Notes under the pieces: model-generated
Told to the model about the DNA's origin: nothing
What the model saw: the letters and a program-made list of their open reading frames with translations, nothing else
Database searches by the model: none
DNA from: Tubulanus polymorphus
Taxonomy: Eukaryota > Animalia > Nemertea
Reading direction: 5' to 3'
Length of the DNA: 64,000 nt
Assembly: GCF_964204645.1 (NCBI RefSeq)
Contig: NC_134034.1
Span: forward strand, 2,542,072 to 2,606,071
Shown here: positions 55,845-64,000 of the stretch, piece after piece
How positions within the stretch are numbered: the stretch's first letter is position 1
Layout: every line of letters starts with the position of its first letter
Program-made: the position numbers and the translations under genes

Positions 55845-56158
55845 GTAGTCTCATGATGTCATCAGGTTGAAATCCCTGCTGAGGGAGGATGTGTCTACTA
55901 GGGGCAGGGGTTTGTACTGTGACAGAGTCTCACGATGTCATCAGGTTCAAATTCCTGCTGAGGGAGGATGTGTCTACTAGGGGCAGGGGTTTGTACTGTG
56001 ACAGAGTCTCGTGATGTCATCAGGTTCAAATACCTGCTGAGGGAGGATGTGTCTACTAGGGGCAGGGGTTTGTACTGTGACAGAGTCTCATGATGTCATC
56101 AGGTTCAAATCCCTGCTGAGGGAGGATGTGTCTACTAAGACAAGGGTTTGTACTGTGA
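55845..56158. repeat. 79-bp tandem repeat, 4 copies, in the GALNT11-like 3' UTR
   Basis: Period 79 (55851, 55930, 56009, 56088). Contains the T-arm-like CAGGTTCAAATCCCTG. A partial inverted copy occurs at ~55790-55832. Confidence 0.9.
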
Positions 56159-56173
56159 TCTTTTTAAAACAGC

Positions 56174-59100
56174 TTAGAAGCGTTTATATTTTGGATTCAA
56201 TCGGAATTGTTGAGTTTCGACGAAAGTTTGACAATCTTGTACTTCCAAAACGGCGCCTTCTGACGCGCGAGGGACCCCGAGACATTTTCTGGAAGCAGTA
56301 TGCAGAACTGAACCCTGGAACGTAAAAACAAAATTGTGGTCAATGGATGTGCATAAGGAAGGAAGAGTTTTAGAATAACCCCCTCCCCCTGGTACTGACT
56401 GACTATTCGAGTCAGGACCTAGCAGTTCTTTAGTTGTGAAAAAGTCATATAAACCCAAACAACGTGAAACTGGATCCAGAGTCAAATTAGATCCACACAA
56501 CTGTGGAACTGGATTTAAGAGTCAATTTAAACCCACACGACTGTGGAACTGGATTTAAGAGTCAATTTAAACCCACACTACTGTGAAACTGGATCCAGAG
56601 TCAAATTAGATCCACACAACTGTGGAACTGGATTTAAGAGTCAATTTAAACCCACACGACTGTGGAACTGGATTTAAGAGTCAAATTAAACCCACACAAC
56701 TGTGGAACTGGATTTAAGAGTCAATTTAAACCCGCACAACTGTGGAACTGAAATCTGGTTCATTACTGTAAGTTTATATATTTACCATCCAACTGCGGAT
56801 ATCGTGGAATTTCCAGTGTTCCAGTTTTTCGCCGTAGTTACACTTCATCAGGCGCGGTTTGTGATTGGTCGACGTGTCCAAGTGATGTAAACACAACATC
56901 TTAGCGAGCATCAGCGATAGGTCGGTTTGAAAGTTCCAATCCTGACGAAACAAAAATTTGACGTCGAAAAATTTTCGTTTCATTCAATTACGTAATGAGT
57001 GTGAGGGTTGATTTGATTGACACGTTTAAGCCACGCCCCCGGGCCACGCCTACCTGGTCGGATTCGTTGTTACACTTGCGAAGGATGATGTTCGCGCGTT
57101 TGGTGTAAATCTGTTCGGCCGATGCCAAACACAAGTTTGTCCCGATCAGATTGATCTGCCGATGAAAACAATCATAAGTTAAATACAGTCCGGTTGTTCA
57201 CTATCCACACGCTACCTTCTGCTACCCGTCTCTCCCTTTTATCATCCCCTCCCTCTTCGTTCAGCCCTTCTCTTCTCCATCTCCTTCAGCCTCTCCCTTC
57301 TCTCTCCCTCTCTTCATTTAGCCCCTCTCTCTCCCTCTCCTCTCCTCTCTCACTCTCACTTACCCTCTCTCCCTCTCTTCATTGAGCCCCTCTCTCTCCC
57401 TCTACCTCTCCTCTCTCACTCTCGCTTACCCTCTCTCCCTCTCTTCATTTAGCCCCTCTCTCTCCCTCTACCTCTCCTCTCTCACTCTCGCTTACCCTCT
57501 CTCCCTCTCTTCATTTAGCCCCTCTCTCTCCCTCTACCTCTCCTCTCTCCCTCTCTCGCGTAAACCCTCTCTCCCTCTCTACATTTAGCCCCTCTCTCTC
57601 CCTCTACCTCTCCTCTCTCCCTCTCTCGCGTAAACCCTCTCTCCCTCTCTTCATTTAGCCCCTCTCTCTCCCTCTACCTCTCCTCTCTCACTCTCACTTA
57701 CCCTCTCTCCCTCTCTTCATTTAGCCCCTCTCTCTCCCTCTACCTCTCCTCTCTCACTCTCACTTACCCTCTCTCCCTCTCTTCATTTAGCCCCTCTCTC
57801 GCCCTCTTCCTCTCCTCTCTCACTCTCGCTTACCCTCTCTCCCTCTCTTCATTGAGCCCCTCTCTATCCCTCTACCTCTCCTCTCTCCCTCTCGCTTACC
57901 CTCTCTCCCTCTCTTCATTTAGCCCCTCTCTCTCCCTCTACCTCTCCTCTCTCACTCTCACTTACCCGCTCTCCCTCTCTTCATTGAGCCCCTCTCTATC
58001 CCTCTACCTCTCCTCTCTCCCTCTCGCTTACCCTCTCTCCCTCTCTTCATTTAGCCCCTCTCTCCCTCTACCTCTCCTCTCTCCCTCTCGCTTACCCTCT
58101 CTCCCTCTCTTCATTGAGCCCCTCTCTCTCCCTCTACCTCTCCTCTCTCCCTCTCGCTTACCCTCTCTCCCTCTCTTCATTGAGCCCCTCTCTCTCCCTC
58201 TACCTCTCCTCTCTCCCTCTCTCGCGTAAACCCTCTCTCCCTCTCTTCATTTAGCCCCTCTCTCTCCCTCTACCTCTCCTCTCTCACTCTCACTTACCCT
58301 CTCTCCCTCTCTTCATTTAGCCCCTCTCTCCCTCTACCTCTCCTCTCTCCCTCTCGCTTACCCTCTCTCCCTCTCTTCATTTAGCCCCTCTCTATCCCTC
58401 TACCTCTCCTCTCTCACTCTCACTTACCCTCTCTCCCTCTCTTCATTTAGCCCCTCTCTATCCCTCTACCTCTCCTCTCTCACTCTCACTTACCCTCTCT
58501 CCCTCTCTTCATTTAGCCCCTCTCTCTCCCTCTACCTCTCCTCTCTCCCTCTCACTTACCCTCTCTCCCTCTCTTCATTTAGCCCCTCTCTCTCCCTCTA
58601 CCTCTCCTCTCTCCCTCTCACTTACCCTCTCTCCCTCTCTACATTTAGCCCCTCTCTCTCCCTCTACCTCTCCTCTCTCACTCTCACTTACCCTCTCTCC
58701 CTCTCTACATTTAGCCCCTCTCTCCCTCTACCTCTCCTCTCTCCCTCTCACTTACCCTCTCTCCCTCTCTACATTTAGCCCCTCTCTCTCCCTCTACCTC
58801 TCCTCTCTCCCTCTCGCTTACCCTCTCTCCCTCTCTACATTTAGCCCCTCTCTCTCCCTCTACCTCTCCTCTCTCACTCTCACTTACCCTCTCTCCCTCT
58901 CTACATTTAGCCCCTCTCTATCCCTCTACCTCTCCTCTCTCCCTCTCGCTTACCCTCTCTCCCTCTCTACATTTAGCCCCTCTCTCTCCCTCTACCTCTC
59001 CTCTCTCACTCTCACTTACCCTCTCTCCCTCTCTACATTTAGCCCCTCTCTCTCCCTCTACCTCTCCTCTCTCCCTCTCGCTTACCCTCTCTCCCTCTCT

Positions 59101-61957
59101 ACATTTAGCCCCTCTCTCTCCCTCTACCTCTCCTCTCTCACTCTCACTTACCCTCTCTCCCTCTCTACATTTAGCCCCTCTCTCTCCCTCTACCTCTCCT
59201 CTCTCACTCTCACTTACCCTCTCTCCCTCTCTACATTTAGCCCCTCTCTATCCCTCTACCTCTCCTCTCTCACTCTCACTTACCCTCTCTCCCTCTCTTC
59301 ATTTAGCCCCTCTCTCCCTCTACCTCTCCTCTCTCCCTCTCGCTTACCCTCTCTCCCTCTCTTCATTTAGCCCCTCTCTCTCCCTCTACCTCTCCTCTCT
59401 CACTCTCACTTACCCTCTCTCCCTCTCTTCATTTAGCCCCTCTCTCTCCCTCTACCTCTCCTCTCTCACTCTCACTTACCCTCTCTCCCTCTCTTCATTT
59501 AGCCCCTCTCTCTCCCTCTACCTCTCCTCTCTCACTCTCACTTACCCTCTCTCCCTCTCTACATTGAGCCCCTCTCTATCCCTCTACCTCTCCTCTCTCA
59601 CTCTCACTTACCCTCTCTCCCTCACTACATTTAGCCCCTCTCTATCCCTCTACCTCTCCTCTCTCCCTCTCACTTACCCTCTCTCCCTCTCTACATTTAG
59701 CCCCTCTCTATCCCTCTACCTCTCCTCTCTCACTCTCACTTACCCTCTCTCCCTCTCTACATTTAGCCCCTCTCTATCCCTCTACCTCTCCTCTCTCACT
59801 CTCACTTACCCTCTCTCCCTTTCTACATTTAGCCCCTCTCTATCCCTCTACCTCTCCTCTCTCACTCTCACTTACCCTCTCTCCCTCTCTTCATTGAGCC
59901 CCTCTCTATCCCTCTACCTCTCCTCTCTCACTCTCACTTACCCTCTCTCCCTCTCTTCATTGAGCCCCTCTCTATCCCTCTACCTCTCCTCTCTCCCTCT
60001 CACTTACCCTCTCTCCCTCTCTACATTTAGCCCCTCTCTATCCCTCTACTCTCCTCTCTCACTCTCACTTACCCTCTCTCCCTCTCTTCATTTAGCCCCT
60101 CTCTATCCCTCTACCTCTCCTCTCTCACTCTCACTTACCCTCTCTCCCTCTCTTCATTTAGCCCCTCTCTATCCCTCTACCTCTCCTCTCTCACTCTCAC
60201 TTACCCTCTCTCCCTCTCTACATTTAGCCCCTCTCTATCCCTCTACTCTCCTCTCTCACTCTCACTTACCCTCTCTCCCTCTCTTCATTTAGCCCCTCTC
60301 TATCCCTCTACCTCTCCTCTCTCACTCTCACTTACCCTCTCTCCCTCACTACATTGAGCCCCTCTCTATCCCTCTACCTCTCCTCTCTCACTCTCACTTA
60401 CCCTCTCTCCCTCTCTTCATTGAGCCCCTCTCTATCCCTCTACCTCTCCTCTCTCCCTCTCACTTACCCTCTCTCCCTCTCTACATTTAGCCCCTCTCTC
60501 TCCCTCTACCTCTCCTCTCTCACTCTCACTTACCCTCTTTCCCTCTCTTCATTTAGCCCCTCTCTATCCCTCTACCTCTCCTCTCTCACTCTCACTTACC
60601 CTCTTTCCCTCTCTTCATTTAGCCCCTCTCTCGCCCTCTACCTCTCCTCTCTCACTCTCACTTACCCTCTTTCCCTCTCTTCATTTAGCCCCTCTCTCTC
60701 CCTCTACCTCTCCTCTCTCACTCTCACTTACCCTCTCTCCCTCTCTTCATTTAGCCCCTCTCTATCCCTCTACCTCTCCTCTCTCCCTCTCACTTACCCT
60801 CTCTCCCTCTCTTCATTTAGCCCCTCTCTCTCCCTCTACCTCTCCTCTCTCACTCTCACTTACCCTCTCTCCCTCTCTTCATTTAGCCCCTCTCTATCCC
60901 TCTACCTCTCCTCTCTCCCTCTCACTTACCCTCTCTCCCTCTCTTCATTTAGCCCCTCTCTCTCTCCCTCTACCTCTCCTCTCTCACTCTCACTTACCCT
61001 CTCTCCCTCTCTTCATTTAGCCCCTCTCTCTCCCTCTACCTCTCCTCTCTCACTCTCACTTACCCTCTCTCCCTCTCTACATTTAGCCCCTCTCTATCCC
61101 TCTACCTCTCCTCTCTCACTCTCACTTACCCTCTCTCCCTCTCTTCATTTAGCCCCTCTCTCTCCCTCTACCTCTCCTCTCTCACTCTCACTTACCCTCT
61201 CTCCCTCTCTTCATTTAGCCCCTCTCTCTCCCTCTACCTCTCCTCTCTCACTCTCACTTACCCTCTCTCCCTCTCTACATTGAGCCCCTCTCTATCCCTC
61301 TACCTCTCCTCTCTCACTCTCACTTACCCGCTCTCCCTCTCTTCATTGAGCCCCTCTCTCTCCCTCTACCTCTCCTCTCTCCCTCTCACTTACCCTCTCT
61401 CCCTCTCTACATTGAGCCCCTCTCTCTCCCTCTACCTCTCCTCTCTCACTCTCACTTACCCTCTCTCCCTCTCTTCATTTAGCTCCTCTCTATCCCTCTC
61501 CTCTCCCTCTCTCGCGTATACCCTCTCTTTCTCACTTGCCCCTCTCTCACTTCCTCTCCCTCTCGGTCTTCTATCATCCCCACCCTCCCCTCTCTTACCT
61601 ATGTCACTCCCCTCCCCTTTCCTTCACTCCCTTCTCCCTCCTTGCCTTTCTCTCTCTCTCCCTTTCTTTAATCAGTCCCTCTACTAAACCCCTCCCTATC
61701 CTCCTCTGACAACCGGCGATAAACACGGTAGTTGATAATGAAATACTAACCGGACCGATGGCCATAGTTTTCGGCGGTAGATTACGCGCGGCGGCGAGAC
61801 TGTTCGTTTTATTCGACGGCGTCGTCTGCTCCGGGTAGATATTCGTCAGATACCAACGAAACGATCGACACTTCAGACGTTGACGCAGCGCCACGCGGTC
61901 GCTGATATCCCCGTAATCGACCGACTTCACCGACGGTTTTATCATGAAGTAATACTT
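56174..61957 (-). CDS. GALNT11: Polypeptide N-acetylgalactosaminyltransferase, GALNT11-like; last four exons (end of catalytic domain, linker, ricin-B lectin); 5' part lies beyond the window
   Basis: Exons 61957-61751, 57155-57054, 56941-56786 and 56314-56174, all phase 0 and GT-AG. Motifs: YGDISDRVALRQRLKCRSFRWYLTNIYPE, ricin repeats NLCL..C..QDW and LCL...PRLMKC...W, and KCL...C. PRLMKC is what I recall from GALNT11. The family is certain, the paralog assignment less so. Confidence 0.85.
56450..56750. repeat. 40-bp minisatellite (same family as 7150-7345)
   Basis: Repeated gagtcaatttaaacccacacaactgtggaactggatttaa. Confidence 0.9.
57230..61710. repeat. 66-bp polypyrimidine/polypurine satellite (~4.2 kb core, ~64 units) filling a GALNT11-like intron
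   Basis: Unit ctctctccctctcttcatttagcccctctctctccctctacctctcctctctcactctcacttacc, matching the 22-aa periodicity in the ORF track. Confidence 0.96.
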
Positions 61958-64000
61958 CTGAAAAAAAATTGAAATAGAAATATATATAACTGACTAAATT
62001 TTAAATTACTGAGCAACGAAGTCATCGTGACGAGAGGCATAAAATGCAGGCGTCAAAAATCTGTGTCCACAATTCTGAGTTGAGTTTTAAAACGAGTAAC
62101 TCGAAACTCAGGGTCCTGTTGCACAGTTGTCAGTTAGATTTAACCCCGATTTTGGGGTCTAGCTCCACAGTTGAGGGATAGAGTTAACTCTGAACTCAGG
62201 ATCCTATTACATAGTTATACGTTAAAAGTTAACTCTGAACTCAGGATCTTATAACAGAGTGCGGAGTTGGAGTTAATCTGATTTTTATATGGTTTTTAGA
62301 ATTAAACCGAAAATTTGAGGTTTTGATAAATCTTTATAGTTTTGATCTTTCAAAATCTCTTTCGAACATGTGATTGTGGGACTTATATTTCGGAATTAAC
62401 TCTGAACTCAGGATCCACTTACACAGTTATACGTTATGAGTTTACTACGAACTCAGGATCCATGAGTTAAGAGTAAACTATATGAACTCAGTTCATTTTC
62501 AGTAAGTTAACTCTGAGTCAAAGTTGGTTCATTTTCAATTTCTCCCCCAACATTTTTACCTGCCCCCTACCCAACCAGCACACTACATGTTTCAAACCCA
62601 CAGATCGTAAAAAATACGATCTATCAATAATAATGCGAGTGAGCGCTCAATTTGTTTGTGCTTTATCTTCAGTTCGTGAGCGGAAATAACGAATAATTAC
62701 TGAATAATTCCGATTCAGCTGCGAGATACATAGCTCTCAGGGGATAGAGCAGAATCTTCGTGATTACTTCTGCAGGTCTGAATCCAGTTCCACAATAGAT
62801 GTACGATTAATCTATTGAAATGAAACCACAATGTTTCCGCTGTGTATCGGCTGTTGTCGAGCAGTACTATCAGATGGAATGACCGGAAAACAACACGTAA
62901 CAAACCACAGAAACCAAGCAGTTAGCATAGGTCAAGTGAAGAATTTTATCGCCACCATTTACCACGCTGAACCCAACACACGTTGTGATATCCAGGGAAG
63001 AACTTGCTGTTTTCGTTATGTTTTCCCGGTTGAAGTAAAGCATGTAGGCGTACACCCACCACGCTTCACTGACCGGGAGCAAAAAAATCTAGGCCTAAAA
63101 AGTCTATTGACTTTTTCAGTGGATTACGGAATTCCATTATGATTAATACCAGGGTTACTCCATTGAACGGACCGGTGTCTATTTGGATAATAAATCAACA
63201 ATACTACATCAAATATTAAGATCGAAGGGAATAATATACTATTTTATCATTAAATATATTATCTTTATGAAATTTCTAAATAAGTATCGGCATCCTTGTT
63301 TCGTCGTATCGGTAAAATAAAGGATTAATTGCATCAACTTGGAAATAATGATTCGTGTCGAAACCGATAGATGGCAGCACGGTCAATCGATGAACAATCG
63401 ATTTAGATCGGCTTTGTGCCCTAGTCTGACGCGCTCTCGGTTATCAGGTATCCATAACGACAAAGCCTGCAGGTTGAATGGAAAGTCTCGAAGGGTTCTA
63501 TAAAATGTTGCATCAAAATAAATGAACTTGAAAATGAATTTGCGTCGATTTCATTGACCTCCAAGCTATGTAGGATCCAGTTACAGACGGACTTGCGAGA
63601 AAATCGAACCCACGTCGAGTTGACTGGTCCCGTGGTCCGGGATAAGCATTTATCGAATTAAATCATCCAGGAAACTACAGAGAGATGAATTTTGATGCAA
63701 ACATTTTACATTTTACATCTTTATCCGCAGAAAAGTGGAATAGTAAGAAGGGTCGATGGTGCCTTTAAAGGAGAAAATTCGTCTAATCACATTGAATTTT
63801 ATATGGCATAAAATGGGATCAAAATATCTAACAGACACTTTTTCTTGAAGTTTTCACTCATTTTTCACATCAAGGTAGATGTGATTATTTATTGATCACA
63901 ATCGGGACGGATTAAAAAAAAATATTTATGGAAACTTAAAACGCAGCTCGTGCATAAATTCTAAATTCTAGAGTAGAGCCTGCATGGCATGAAAACGGCA

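Noticed and set aside
57194-61687. Long Ser/Leu/Pro-rich ORFs (up to 309 aa) on the + strand
   Set aside because: They are translations of the 66-bp pyrimidine satellite (22-aa period), have non-ATG starts and lie antisense within an intron.
62000-64000. Further GALNT exons or an independent gene (ORFs 62715-63142)
   Set aside because: No GalNAc-T catalytic motifs (VGHIFR, WMDEYK) were found in any frame I read. The region is treated as intron.

Overview
Eukaryotic (animal, invertebrate-type; inferred from gene content and intron style) genomic DNA with AT-rich, repeat-filled introns and GC/CpG-rich exons. There is no prokaryotic content and no CRISPR array. Left to right: (1) a 5'-truncated BEL/Pao LTR-retrotransposon pol fragment running off the left edge, next to a LINE 3' remnant; (2) a + strand class I SAM-dependent methyltransferase gene (3112-9093, ~286 aa) whose sixth exon exists as two homologous 142-bp copies that must be mutually exclusive; (3) CFAP69 on the - strand (25662-10619, 20 exons, ~942 aa); (4) a divergently transcribed HECW1/2-type C2-WW-WW-HECT E3 ligase (+, 28066-46918, 24 exons, ~1898 aa); (5) the last four exons of a GALNT11-like gene (-, 61957-56174; 5' part outside the window). 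Exon models were built by hand from GT-AG sites and phase continuity. The introns hold many MITEs (piggyBac-type TTAA, PIF/Harbinger-type TAA/TTA/CAG, 5-bp-TSD types) and dispersed minisatellite families, and a ~1.6-kb tandem duplication lies between HECW and GALNT11. The strongest second-look items are the mutually exclusive methyltransferase exons, a tandem array of minimal type I hammerhead ribozyme motifs (7795-8160, - strand), and a ~4.2-kb 66-bp satellite that puts dozens of consensus 5' splice sites into the GALNT11 pre-mRNA.
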